A stretch of DNA of 64,000 nt from NCBI GenBank assembly GCA_965224085.1, contig CBDCYI010000009.1:608001-672000 (forward strand). The letters run 5' to 3'. The translations under genes and the position numbers were made by a program. Positions 10,381 through 21,258 of the stretch are shown here, piece after piece (within the stretch, counting starts at the first letter, position 1; every line of letters begins with the position of its first letter). Source of the stretch: Candidatus Marinacidobacterales bacterium (GTDB lineage: Bacteria; Acidobacteriota; Vicinamibacteria; Marinacidobacterales; SMYC01). The notes beneath the pieces are model-generated. The model did not search any database. It had not been told where the DNA came from and saw only the letters and a list, made by a program, of their open reading frames with translations.

Positions 10381-11778
10381 CTACTCGTCGGTCGATTCCG
10401 ATTCCTTCGCTTTGACGAGATCGCCGCGCTCGAGGTGGATTTTGTCGAAGCTATCCGCCGAGATCACGTAGTACCATGGAGCGAAGCGTTGCGAAAGCTC
10501 TTCTGCGGTCTCTTGGCCTTTCTTGACGTTGTCTTCCCAGCTTTTGTGCGCGTCGGCGAGGTCTTTGTTCTGCTCGTCCTCGTCGGTCAAATCATCGGCT
10601 TGTTTGTCCTCGAACTCGCGATTCGCTGGACGCGGCGGCTCGAGAAGCGTCGAGCCGTCGAAATCCGCGGTGACGAACAGATAGCGGTTCTCGCCCGGGC
10701 CGCCCCCTTCGTCTCCGGTCGAATCGGCCCCGGCGCTGATGGCCTCGCCCGAGCCGTAGAGGATCTCGCCGAAGCGTAGCGTGTAATAGACGCCTTCATT
10801 CGTCCGCACTTGGAGCTCGCCTTCATTGGATAGAAGGTCGCCCGTGCGCGTCATGTAGTAGCCCCGGCTCTGGAGCGATAAAACATCTTGGCGTGAGACC
10901 GTGAGTCCCGACAGACGGTTGTCGATGCCTTCAGGCTTCGGACGAACGCCGACGATTTTGAGGTTGTCCAACTCGCGCAGCAAGTCGTTCATCTTCGTGG
11001 AGTCGACTTCTTGGTTGGCGCGCATGCGATTCGCGGCCCATGTATCGTCCACTTTCTCGAGAGTGACAGTGTCGCGCTCATCCACCATGAGAGTCCTCTC
11101 GTTGATGGAATAGTCGCGCAGCACGACGTGGTCCATTTTGCTTTGCTCGACTTTGAGAAGGTCGCTCTCGATCCAGTCCTCGAACTTCGTCGAGATATCG
11201 ACGTCCACTTTGGCAGCGTAGACGCGCTTTTGCTCCGGCACACGCACAAAATGAAAGCCTTCACGTCCTTCGATCTCGGAGCCGATGATGATGTCGGCGA
11301 GAACGACGTCGTTCTCGCCGCGCATCGTGACGCGCTTGCCGCGGCCGAGCAGGCTCGCAGCCGTTTCGTCGAGCGGGTCGATGACACCGAGCGCTTCGTG
11401 GTCGGAAACATTGTCGGAGCGGAAGTCGTCCTTGTTGATGGTCATGACACCCGCGGCCGTCTCCGCGAGGCGATCCTCACCATCTGCGGCATAGTTGTGA
11501 TGCGACGGGATCGTCCAGATGCCACTCTGGTTCGTTACCTTGAACGGCCGCGCGGCGGCCGTATCTTCATCGAACTCGATGACCTCGAGCGTCATCGCGA
11601 CGTTCGGGTCGGTGAAGTCTGGAAAAAAAGGCTCGCCTTTATCGAGAAAGGCGCTCGGCGTGATGTTGCGCGGCGCCGTCGCGAAGGCGACGACCGCGAG
11701 AAGCAACGCGGCGCCCGCAAGTGTTTTAGTCAGCTTGAGCTCGGGCTTGGCCTCGACTGGCGTGGTTTCCTCTACCAT
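10381..11778 (-). CDS. DUF4340 domain protein, partner of the Gld-like ABC transporter
   Basis: N-terminal transmembrane segment; WTIPSHHNYAAD; translationally coupled to the upstream gene. Confidence 0.75.
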   Translation of the reverse strand: MVEETTPVEAKPELKLTKTLAGAALLLAVVAFATAPRNITPSAFLDKGEPFFPDFTDPNVAMTLEVIEFDEDTAAARPFKVTNQSGIWTIPSHHNYAADGEDRLAETAAGVMTINKDDFRSDNVSDHEALGVIDPLDETAASLLGRGKRVTMRGENDVVLADIIIGSEIEGREGFHFVRVPEQKRVYAAKVDVDISTKFEDWIESDLLKVEQSKMDHVVLRDYSINERTLMVDERDTVTLEKVDDTWAANRMRANQEVDSTKMNDLLRELDNLKIVGVRPKPEGIDNRLSGLTVSRQDVLSLQSRGYYMTRTGDLLSNEGELQVRTNEGVYYTLRFGEILYGSGEAISAGADSTGDEGGGPGENRYLFVTADFDGSTLLEPPRPANREFEDKQADDLTDEDEQNKDLADAHKSWEDNVKKGQETAEELSQRFAPWYYVISADSFDKIHLERGDLVKAKESESTDE

Positions 11779-14540
11779 TACGCTCCCTCCCTCAGGCGGT
11801 GGGCTTGAACAGCGCCTTCCCGTTCGCGCTTTTGCCGCCGGATAAAGATGTAGACCCCGAGAAGGAACACGGGAATCGGCGGCAACAAGACGGCCGCTGA
11901 GCGGATGCTGCTCTGGATGAGACGGATCTGAGTTTCCATCCTCTCCTCGCTCGCGCGGATCGCCGCTTCCTTCGCGGTGTCGATATTGGATTTTTGCACT
12001 TCCAGGCGCCGGTTCTCGACCTCTTCGAGGTTACGCGCCATGATTTGCTTCGTCTGCGCGTCGAGATCCGCGCGGTCTCGGACTTCGGCGACCTTCGCAT
12101 CGAGCCGGCTCTGGGCGGCGGCGAGGTTCGCGTCGGCCTCGCGCTCGGCCTCGGCCTCTTCTTGCGCTCGTCGCTCGATGAAGTTGCGCGTCTGGTTCTC
12201 CACGCGCGCGAGCGTCCGGTGGCGCACGCGGCGGTTGCGAAGGGCGACGAACGACTCGTCTCCCACGAGCGTGTCCATCGCGTTCAAGAAGAACGTCACG
12301 TTGTCGAAGTTCAGGTTGCCCGGTCCCATACGCCGAATATCGAAGAACTGCTGGGAAATGAAATCGATATCGGTGATGACGATGACGTGGAGCGGCTTGG
12401 CCGGGCTTGGCTCGGCATCCTCGGATTCGCTCTCGCCCTCGTTCTCGCTACCATCATCGGTCGGCTCGGCATCCTCGGATTCCCTCTCGCCATCGCTGCC
12501 ATCATCGGACGGCTCGGTGCGCCGCACTTCCGCCGCGAGGGTGTAGGTCATAGGGTCCGGACGGTGCGGCAAGTTGCGGTTGAGCGACGCGCCGAGAAAG
12601 TTTCGCTGCACCATCTGGAAGTACGGAAAGCGCCCGGATAGAGGGCCGGTTTGCAGGAGCGGACGGTAGGTCAACCCTTCGCCCGAGGCAGAGTTGATTT
12701 GACCCGGGTAGAGGAAGACGAGCTGCTGGAGCGCGGCGCTCGCTTGGTGGTTCGCATCGAACACGTCCGGGTTATTGTTGCCGTGCCCGAGAAAGACGAC
12801 TTCGGGCGGCAGGTGTGCGAGGTCCGGATGTGGGTTATAGGCATCCCACGTGATGGTGGCCGGGTCCCATTGAAAGCCGAGCTCGCTCAAAAAGCCGCGG
12901 ATATCGCCTTTCGGTTGCGGCGGAGGCTGTTGCTGCCGCATGAACGGATTGGTGTTTTGTCCTGGCTGTTCGGACGGTGCGAGGCCGAGATTCACGATGG
13001 GGAGCGGATCCACGAGGAGGAGCGCCGGCGTCCCTTGCTTGATGAAGTCGGAGACGTTCGTCATCTCTTCCTGCGTCAACGAAGAAGGAAGTGTTATGAG
13101 CAAGCCGTCGACTTCCTCGGTGATCGTGCTCGAGGGCGTTATCTGGACGACCTCGTATTGTTTCCGTAGCTCTTCCACGACCGCCCACGACGGCGAGCTC
13201 TGCATGGTCTGGAAATCGAGGCCGCCGAAAAGCTTCAGCTGCGTGTTGATGACGCCCACCTTCTTCCGCTCGGTATTGGCGACCACGCGAATGCTCCGCG
13301 CGATCTCGTACTCCGCCGGCAGACCTCGGTCGAAGAACGGGATCACTTGCTCTTCGCCCGCGCACGTGAAGGCGAGGCCGAGGAAGACTTCGCTGAAGCC
13401 GGCGCGCGCGCCTTGGAGATTCGGGATTTCCCGCGGCTGGATGCCGAACTTCTCTCGAGCTTCGCGGGCCTCCTCAGTAAAAGGCTCGGTATCGTAAATC
13501 GCGATCTGTACTGTCCCGCCGCTCGCCGACGCCATCTCTCGTAAGAGCCCCACGACGTTAGCGCGCGTTTGTACGTACTGCTCGGGCGCGGTCGGGCTGA
13601 TATAGGCCTGAACGAAGACGGGGCGGTCGCCTTCGAGCTGGCTCAGAAGCGTTCGCGTCTCCGAGCTCAGCGAGTGAAGCCGCTCCGCGGTCGCGTCCAC
13701 ACGTAGGCCAAGCCTACCCAGGATCGAGATGCTCGCAACGAGGATGACGACGACCGAGACGGCGCGCACGAGGTGGTGCGTCGACGTCTTCACGCCGTCC
13801 GCTTCACGAGGCCAGTGCCGCTGGCTTACGAGAAGCACGTTCAGATACAAGAAGACGCCGGTGACCGACGTAAAATAGAGAAGGCCGGTGAAGCTGATGA
13901 CGCCGCGGCCGAAATCTTCGAAGTGGTAGAAGACCCCAAGCGGCTCCACGGCGCGCGAGAGACCTTCGCTGAGAATCCGCGTCATGGGCTCGATGAAGAC
14001 ACCGATGCCAACAAAAACTACGCCGAGAACGAAAGCGATGGTGACGTTCGCCGAGAGCTGCGAAGCGAGCATACCGACGGCGATGAGTGCGGCGCCCACG
14101 AAAAAGAAGCCGAGATAGTTCGCGAACATCAAGCCGAGGTCGGGAGCTCCGAGCCAGAGCAGCACGATGACGTGGCTCAACGAGAGCGCGAGCGCGACCG
14201 TGTAGATGCCGAGAGCCGCCATGTACTTACCGAGCACGACCTCGACGTCGGTGGCAGGAAGCGTGAGAAGAAGCTCGTCCGTGCCTTGCTTTTTTTCCTC
14301 GGCCCAGACCGACATCGTGAGGGCCGGCACGAAAAAAACGAGAAGGTAGGGGAAAATCGCATTGAGCTGGTCGAGGTTCGCTAGATTGTTCAGGAAGAAG
14401 CGGTCCTGCCAAAAGGCGGCCGCCGCGCTCAGGAAGATGAAGAGGGTGATGAAGACATAGCCCGTGGGATTGCTGAAATACATGCGCAGATCCCGCTTGG
14501 CGATGGCGTTGGCGACGTTCCAGTTGATGTTCTTGATCAT
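11778..14540 (-). CDS. ABC-2 permease (GldF-like) fused to a GldG/ABC_transp_aux domain
   Basis: YFSNPTGYVFI, AEEKKQGTDELLLTLP, DATAERLHSLS and NVTFFLNAMDTL motifs. Confidence 0.85.
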   Translation of the reverse strand: MIKNINWNVANAIAKRDLRMYFSNPTGYVFITLFIFLSAAAAFWQDRFFLNNLANLDQLNAIFPYLLVFFVPALTMSVWAEEKKQGTDELLLTLPATDVEVVLGKYMAALGIYTVALALSLSHVIVLLWLGAPDLGLMFANYLGFFFVGAALIAVGMLASQLSANVTIAFVLGVVFVGIGVFIEPMTRILSEGLSRAVEPLGVFYHFEDFGRGVISFTGLLYFTSVTGVFLYLNVLLVSQRHWPREADGVKTSTHHLVRAVSVVVILVASISILGRLGLRVDATAERLHSLSSETRTLLSQLEGDRPVFVQAYISPTAPEQYVQTRANVVGLLREMASASGGTVQIAIYDTEPFTEEAREAREKFGIQPREIPNLQGARAGFSEVFLGLAFTCAGEEQVIPFFDRGLPAEYEIARSIRVVANTERKKVGVINTQLKLFGGLDFQTMQSSPSWAVVEELRKQYEVVQITPSSTITEEVDGLLITLPSSLTQEEMTNVSDFIKQGTPALLLVDPLPIVNLGLAPSEQPGQNTNPFMRQQQPPPQPKGDIRGFLSELGFQWDPATITWDAYNPHPDLAHLPPEVVFLGHGNNNPDVFDANHQASAALQQLVFLYPGQINSASGEGLTYRPLLQTGPLSGRFPYFQMVQRNFLGASLNRNLPHRPDPMTYTLAAEVRRTEPSDDGSDGERESEDAEPTDDGSENEGESESEDAEPSPAKPLHVIVITDIDFISQQFFDIRRMGPGNLNFDNVTFFLNAMDTLVGDESFVALRNRRVRHRTLARVENQTRNFIERRAQEEAEAEREADANLAAAQSRLDAKVAEVRDRADLDAQTKQIMARNLEEVENRRLEVQKSNIDTAKEAAIRASEERMETQIRLIQSSIRSAAVLLPPIPVFLLGVYIFIRRQKREREGAVQAHRLREGA

Positions 14541-15301
14541 AGTGCCTGTGCCTCCGTCGCGGCGTCGAGTTGCGTGAGGCGATAAAAAGGCCCTTCCAAA
14601 GAGCCGTCTTCTTTGAGCTCTGCAGGCGTGCCTTTGAAGACCATGCGGCCGTCATGCACAAAGAGCACGTGGTCCGCGATCGCGTCGACTTCTTGAAGGA
14701 TGTGCGTCGAGATGAGGATAGTCTTCTGGCTTCCGAGGTTCCGGATGTTCTCGCGGAATTGCCTGATTTGGTTCGGGTCGAGCCCTGCGGTCGGCTCGTC
14801 CATGATGAGGACCTCGGGATCGTGTAGGAGCGCCTGAGCAAGCCCGACGCGCTGTCGCAAACCTCGCGAGAGCTTACCAATAGGCTTTTCGAGAACTTGC
14901 TCGAGCGCGCACAGCTCGCGCACCGCGGCGATGCGGTCCTTCAATCTCTTGGGGCCGAGCTCGCGCGCTTCACCGAAGAACTCGAGCAGCTCGAGAGGCG
15001 TCATGTCCAGATAAAGCGGGCCGTTCTCGGGCAAATAGCCGAGCCGTTTCGTCGCTTCGAGGCGCTGTTTGTGCACGTCCAGTCCGGCGATCTGCGCGGA
15101 GCCTTCGCTCGGAGCGAGATAGCCCGTGAGCATCTTCATGGTCGTTGTTTTGCCAGCGCCATTGGGACCCAAAAAAGCAACGATCTGTCCTTCCGGGATC
15201 GAGAAGCTGATGTTCTCCGTTGCGACGAAAGGCCCGTAGTACTTGGTCAGGCCCTTCGCTTCTATCATGGTTCTAGAGGGAGCATCTTCCATCGAGCGCA
15301 T
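14537..15301 (-). CDS. ABC transporter ATP-binding protein (GldA-like)
   Basis: Walker A GPNGAGKTT, signature LSRGLRQR, Walker B IMDEPT; RBS aggagg before the ATG at 15301. Confidence 0.92.
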   Translation of the reverse strand: MRSMEDAPSRTMIEAKGLTKYYGPFVATENISFSIPEGQIVAFLGPNGAGKTTTMKMLTGYLAPSEGSAQIAGLDVHKQRLEATKRLGYLPENGPLYLDMTPLELLEFFGEARELGPKRLKDRIAAVRELCALEQVLEKPIGKLSRGLRQRVGLAQALLHDPEVLIMDEPTAGLDPNQIRQFRENIRNLGSQKTILISTHILQEVDAIADHVLFVHDGRMVFKGTPAELKEDGSLEGPFYRLTQLDAATEAQAL

Positions 15302-15517
15302 ACCTCCTGTTCGATCGGTGAGTGGCTCTGGTCCGTCTTTGGACCGTCGACGCGGGATTGAGGATGGTCGGCTCACCCGCGCGAATCGAGACTAGATTCT
15401 ACTCAAATCGTTTCATCGAGACAAGTTGGTAGTAATTACGTAAGAGTATCTGCCGTCGGGGGTTGTGCGTCGGGCGTGTAATCTTGGCCCGAAAAGGCTT
15501 ACTATTCTGGCTCCGAC

Positions 15518-16512
15518 ATGGCCCGCTCGAAACGCCGTCTCGTCCCAGAGGTCGTCCAGTCTTCGGCTATGGATTGCGGCCCCGCTGCGCTCAAAGCTTA
15601 TGTCGAAGGCCACGGGGTCTCAGTGAGCTACGGGCGCCTGCGCGAGGCGTGCCAGACAGACGTCGACGGGACGGCGATTGAAACGCTCCAGGCGATCGCG
15701 GTCGAGTTAGGCGTGCCGGTCGAGCAAGTGCTCCTCCCGAAAGATCTCGTGCTTCTAGAAGAAGCCGGCTCGCTCCCTTGTATCGCCGTGACGCGGCTTC
15801 CGAACGGCAACACGCATTTCGCGATCATTTGGAGCCTTGCGGCGGACGTCGCCCAGGTGATGGATCCGGCGTCGGGCCGACGGTGGATGACACGCGGCCA
15901 GCTTTTGCACGAGCTCTACGAGCACGCGATGTCGGTTCCGGCAGAAGATTGGCGGGAATGGGCAGGCTCGGAACAGGGGCGAAGTCTGGTCGTGAGCCAG
16001 CTATCTTCACTCGGTATCGCGAAAGAAGCGGCCTCAAAGCTCGTGGAGAGGGCGGCCGCGGACCCGAGCTGGCGCGGGCTTGCAAGCCTCGACGCGGCGG
16101 CGCGAGCGGTGCGCTCGATGGTCGATGCCGGCGCCTGTAAACGAGGCCGGGAAGCCGAAGCACTCCTAACGCCATTATTAAAAGACGCTTCCTCGATTCC
16201 AAAAGGCTATTGGTCCGCTCGGGACGTGGGCGACGGCGAGGTCGAGATCCGCGGCGCGGTCTTACTGCGACCGTCGCGCGACGACGAGTCGCCGGCATGG
16301 TCCCAGGAATCCCGCGAATTATTGTCCAAAGCTCTCATAGCGGCGCGGGACGAAGCCCCGGCCAGGCCCGCGCTCGAGCTGTGGCGGCGGATCCGCGAGG
16401 ATGGTCTCCTGACACCTGCAGTCTTGATCGCGGCGCTGTTCGGAGCCGCTTCTGCAATCGTCATCGAGGCGCTCCTGTTTCGATCGCTTCTCGAGCTCGC
16501 GCCGCTTTTCGG
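15518..16512 (+). pseudogene. Peptidase C39-containing ABC transporter, truncated after the first transmembrane helix
   Basis: QSSAMDCGPAAL, THF and VMDPASG catalytic motifs; after LELAPLF the frame runs into antisense FN3 sequence. Confidence 0.8.
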
Positions 16513-17064
16513 ACGAGGCGCCGTCCACCACCGCGCTCTGAAGGGTCGGCGCCGGTATCGGCGTGGCGGTCTGGCTCGCCTCAAAGCTATCCCCCACGGT
16601 GTTCACTGCCCGCACCTCGAACGTGTGGACCTGCCCGTTGGTCAGGTTGCGCACCGTCTCCGTGAGGTCCGTGCCGGCGCTCGTCCAGCTTCCAAACGCG
16701 CCGCTCCCCACTTTGTAGCGGTATTCGTAGCGCGTGATGGCCGAGCCGCCGTCGCTCGATGGGGCGGTCCAGCTCAGCGTCACCTGTCCGTCGCCGGGAC
16801 CGGGAACCGCCGACAGGTTTCGCGGCACGCCCGGCACGAGGGTAAGCGTGGTGGAGTTAGCGACGTTCGAAGGCGACCCCGTGCCAACGGAATTGATGGC
16901 CGAGACGCGGTAGTAGCGGGTGGTCCCGGCCGTGAGGCTGCGGTCGCTATACGAGTTGCCGGGACGGCTGGCCACCAGCACGGTCCACGGGTCGCCGCCG
17001 GCCGCCGACCATTCGATGCGGTAGCCGGTGATCGGGCGGCCGCCGGTGTTCGTCGGCGCGTCCC
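16513..17064 (-). pseudogene. Internal fragment of a fibronectin type III repeat surface protein
   Basis: GGRPITGYRIEWS...YYRVSAINSVG and VTLSWTAPSSDGGSAITRYEY...FEVRAVN; lacks a native start and end. Confidence 0.8.
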
Positions 17065-17168
17065 CGTCGGGTCAAAATACTCGAACTCCCGGCGGGTCAG
17101 CAGTTTACACCTTTCCAGGATCGACTACATCGAAAATCGGGAAGCCGCATGAGTATTTTGACCTCACG
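17065..17168 (+). mobile_element. MITE-like element, 104 bp
   Basis: 18-bp inverted ends cgtcgggtcaaaatactc / gagtattttgacctcacg; second copy at 39982-40088. Confidence 0.75.
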
Positions 17169-19006
17169 AGCTCGGGCCATCACATTGATGGCGGCGAGCT
17201 ACCTCGTTTGGGTTGGATCGGCTCTCGCTTACCACGTCCGACCGTTTTCGGAGCCAGAAACATCGTTTCATCTCGTCAGGTTCTCGATCGCGCTGCTTGC
17301 CGGCATAGGAGTCGCGTTCCTCGGTCCCTTGTCCCCAATCTCCCGTACCGGAAAACCAATTGACCAGGATGTAGTCGCTGAACAGGGCCGTATTCAGTAG
17401 GGTTTTCATCTCCCGGTACTTTGCGGGTTCCGAGAGGTCATGGTTACGCGCATAACGGTGCATGGCAGCCCATCTGTCGATTATGCCTAAACGGTCGATA
17501 TTGATACCCAACCAACTCTTCAGCCGAGTCGCCACCATAGTACGAAGCGAGAAAACGCCGATCTGGACGCTCCACCGCGTTGTATACGCCCCAGTAAATC
17601 CCGTTCAGATAGAGATGCACAAAAATGCCGCGCGCGGCGTTACCGCTCAAGGAAAGCTGCGAGTCCCGAACATGTTGGTCGCGGACATAGACTGCCTGAT
17701 CGCTGATCTCGCCTCTCGACCAGTTTTCTTGCCCTCCCCCCCGCAGAACGAGGGTGTTGAATTCTTTCACGGCAGATTCGGCATGCTGCACGGCGCTCTC
17801 GAAAAAAGGGTATCTCAGCATTCCCGGACCGAAGTCTTTGCTGAAGACCAAGCGAAACGAGCGCGTTTCCTTGGGAAGCGCCGAACTGTGCATTCTAATT
17901 CCGCAATCAACCTGGAAGCCCTCGAAGTCGGAAAACTTGCTTGGATAGAGGAGCTCAACCGAGGCGGGACGGGTCAGTGGACCCTTTCCAAAGTAGAGCC
18001 CTTGGCTCTCATTAAAGAGATGGTTCACGTCCATGACGATGGAGAGGGTGGGAATCGATGTCAGTCCTTCCACGAACTCCCGCTGGTTGCTCGTATTCAC
18101 AACATCGGGATCGATCTCGAGGTCGAGATCTGCGTACGGAGCCATATTGAAGGAGCGAAACTGGGCTGGATCATCGAATGGCAGAGTTGCCTGCTTCTTC
18201 ACCGTAGTCGGAAACATATAGGTATGGGTGTCGACGTTCGTGCTCGTCGCACCAGCTTTGTACGCCATGGCCCGAAGGACGGTCGTTTTAGCCACAAGAA
18301 CCTTGTTGCCGACGATTCCATGACTCACGCTCGGCTTACTGCCGTCGGTGGTATAGACGATCGTTGCGTCGGGAGTGGCGGTGGTGAGGATCACTTCGAA
18401 AGGGTTCTCATAGAAGCCGCGGTCGTGGCTGAACTTCGTATCGCCTACTGAGTGCGTCCGGCCGGTTCGGCGATGCCAATCATTGAAGAACTCGACCGAT
18501 TGCCCAACCGGTTGCGCAGGGGCGCTCGCAAGAAGAACCGGCTCTCCCCAAACCGGAACCAGTGACTGCCGATGCCCCGCGCCCGTGGCGTCCAGCACAG
18601 GCCGTGCCGTGAAGGTCAACGAGACCGCTCTCCCCTCCCACGGAGTGAGATCAATCATGCGGTCGTTCCAATGATTCCCCTCCTGTGCAGCAAGGGTCTC
18701 GCGAAACGCGCGGCTCCGCTTGTCATCGACTTCGATCTCGATCAGAAACTCTGTCTCGGGCAGACCGGCACTGGGTGTGCCTAATACGGCCATCGAGAAC
18801 TGGAGCACGGCGTTCTGCGGTACCTTTAGCGGGGACACCCACCTCGATCCGTCCAACGCTGTTCGGGACTTTCCTTCCAACTCCACTTCCCTGGAAGGCT
18901 GAGAAGGATCGAGAAGGGAAACAGAGCGCGCTCTCGATGAGTCGCTGCAAGCTGCTCCAGATGCTAGCAGCATCAGGACAAGCGTGCCGATTCGTCTCCC
19001 CATCAT
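17169..19006 (-). pseudogene. CotH-kinase-family lipoprotein with a chitobiase/FN3-associated domain, frameshifted and truncated
   Basis: IVYTTDGSKP, LVLRGG, VHLYLNGIYWGVYNAVER; frameshift near 17520 (continues in the 17164-17538 frame: FSDYILVNWFSGTGDW); cut by the MITE. Confidence 0.75.
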
Positions 19007-19083
19007 AATGTTGCGAGGGCCAGCTGGTGCCGTCGGTAAGACTGAACTGTCCCAAACCAGCGCGACCTTGCTGGTCCACGAGC

Positions 19084-20170
19084 GGCGTTGTTGCACGGCC
19101 CGGAGCAAATCGCTGACCTCCCTGTGCCGGTCGGAGAGTCACCCGGCGCAGTAAGTATCGGGCATGCCGAGCGCGGTCATCTTGTTGAGTATCTCGCACC
19201 CAATTCTGTGTTCAACTCGTTGCCTCGCCAACGTTCGAGCCCGCATCTCGGGCCCCATGATCGCCTTGTAACGATAGACCGCGTTCTCCACCATGCTTCG
19301 CTCGGTGCAGCCTGAGAGCTTGTACCATTCACGTCGGCCGTGTCTTTCGATGGCACGAATATGGCGGTCGCGTTCCCGCATGGCGGTGTTCGAATTCTGA
19401 CTGAGCGTGGCGTTTCGTTGCGGCGGAATCACCACGCGCGTCCTTCGTCCAGGGCTGTGCGCTTCGATGGCTTCGTAGACCGCTTCCTTGTCGTATGCAC
19501 TGTCCGCCGCCACCGACGCTATAGGTGCTTGAATCTGTGTTAGCAAAGGGGGGACTCGCGTTGCGTCGCGAGCTCGTGACGCCGTCAGTTCGGACGCAAC
19601 AATGTTGCCGGTCTTGCGATCAACGGCGATGTGCAACTTGCGCCAGGCGCGCTGCTTTGGCGGTTTGCGGGTGGTTCCAACATGAATCCTCAAGCCCGTG
19701 CTATCGATCATCAGGTGGATTGGTTGATTGCTTGCGGCTTTCCCAATCCGCAGCTTCTTGCGGAGCAGCCTCGACCGCCGACACAATGTCGAGTAGTCCG
19801 GGATCTCGATACACAGCCGGAGAAGCGAGGCGATCGAGTGCAAGAAGCCTTCGGTTTGGCGGTAGGCAAGCTTGTACACCATCCGGACAACCAGGCCCGT
19901 TTCAATCGCCATCTCTGAATAGACCCGTTGACCGCCAGGCTTACCGCTCTTGTCGGCCTTCCAGTTCGCGATTGCCTCCTCGTCAAACCAGACCGTCAAA
20001 TCGCCCCGGCGCCGCAGCCCTTCGTTGTATTCCGCCCAGTTGGAAACGTGGTACTTCTTCTGCTTCGCGTGCTTGTACTGGCTGCGCTTGGGATACTTCA
20101 TGGTCGAACATTACCTCGGCCACCACCATAGGTAGATTTCGCGCTCAGCCAAGAGCGGTGCAACAACGCC
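19084..20170 (-). mobile_element. IS5 family, IS903 group, type A, complete (1087 bp)
   Basis: Inverted ends ggcgttgttgcac; no flanking target duplication. Confidence 0.92.
19139..20101 (-). CDS. IS5/IS903-group transposase, type A
   Basis: NWAEYNEGLRRRGDLTVW, PDYSTLCRR, IDSTG, WRKLH, ADSAYD and RSMVE motifs. Confidence 0.92.
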   Translation of the reverse strand: MKYPKRSQYKHAKQKKYHVSNWAEYNEGLRRRGDLTVWFDEEAIANWKADKSGKPGGQRVYSEMAIETGLVVRMVYKLAYRQTEGFLHSIASLLRLCIEIPDYSTLCRRSRLLRKKLRIGKAASNQPIHLMIDSTGLRIHVGTTRKPPKQRAWRKLHIAVDRKTGNIVASELTASRARDATRVPPLLTQIQAPIASVAADSAYDKEAVYEAIEAHSPGRRTRVVIPPQRNATLSQNSNTAMRERDRHIRAIERHGRREWYKLSGCTERSMVENAVYRYKAIMGPEMRARTLARQRVEHRIGCEILNKMTALGMPDTYCAG

Positions 20171-20341
20171 GCTCAGCGATGCGAGCGAGAGGGTTGGCGG
20201 CACAGAGAGTCGAGGCAAGGATCGGGTGCAAGATTCTCAACACCATGACGGCGCTCGGGATGCCTGATAGCGAGATGATCGGATGATGGGAGTCGGGGCC
20301 AAGCGAGCTCTCGGCCTCTATCGGAGTTGTGCACCGAGGCA
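20171..20341 (+). mobile_element. 3'-terminal fragment of IS5 type B
   Basis: Matches the last ~170 bp of 28557-29643, including the end gtgcaccgaggca. Confidence 0.85.
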
Positions 20342-21000
20342 GCGTCGTCTTGCAGCGAAGGCGAAGGTGTTGAGCAGGGATAGCCTGAATGAAATCGCGG
20401 ATCCGGTGACGCCGGACACGTTGTTACGCTGGTACACACGGCTCATCGCGAAGAAATACGACGGGAGCCAGAACCGAGGTCCAGGAAGGCCTCGCGTGGC
20501 AGAAACGATACGCGAACTGGTGGTCCGGATGGCGATGGAGAATTCGATCTGGGGCTATACGAGGATTTGCCGGGCTCTCCGCAATCTAGGCCATGACGTC
20601 AGCCGAAACACTGTGAAGCGCATCCTCGCGGAGCACGGAATTGAGCCCGCCCCAAAGCGCCGAAAGCGAATCCCGTGGAGTACGTTTCTGAAAGCTCATT
20701 GGGGAGCGATCGTGGTGACGGATTTCTTCACGGTAGAAGTACTGACCGCCCGTGGGTTAATTCGCTACTTCGTGCTTTTCGTCATCGACCTCAAGACGCG
20801 CCGCGTGGAGATCGCTGGCATCAGCCCTACGGCGAATGGATGACGCAGCTGGCGCGAAACCTGACCGATGTGCTTGATGGGTTTCTTCGAGACACCCGAT
20901 TTCTCATCCACGATCGCGACCCGCTGTTTTCAGCGACATTCCGCGCGAGAAGGGCCACTAATTAATGATGTCGTTCGGTCGAGTTTTGGCACAATACGGG
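20342..21000 (+). pseudogene. rve integrase-core transposase fragment (IS481/IS3-like) with its right end
   Basis: [32 protein letters not shown] and LIHDRD motifs; frameshift near 20838; ends gagttttggcacaatacgg. Confidence 0.8.
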
Positions 21001-21258
21001 GTCGCCAGTTGGCATAGCGGGTCCCACCCTCCAAGGTTGCATCTGTCTGACCTCAGCTACTGGCATCCTAGTCCATGCACCCGGTCTTCTGAAAGCGCTT
21101 TGTCCTGGCCGGGCAAAGGGCGTAGGATCTAGCGAGCGGACGACTTGTGAACCCGCTGGTTCCCCAAGGGTCCGCGACCCGAGAGCGCGGGGCAGGCGCT
21201 TGTCACTCGGAATCGACCCGAATCGACCGAGTGCGTTGTCGTAGGGAAGGGAGTTGCC

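Noticed and set aside
12410-12515. Duplicated acidic peptide (ESEDAEP) in the GldG-like protein
   Set aside because: Ordinary low-complexity linker expansion.
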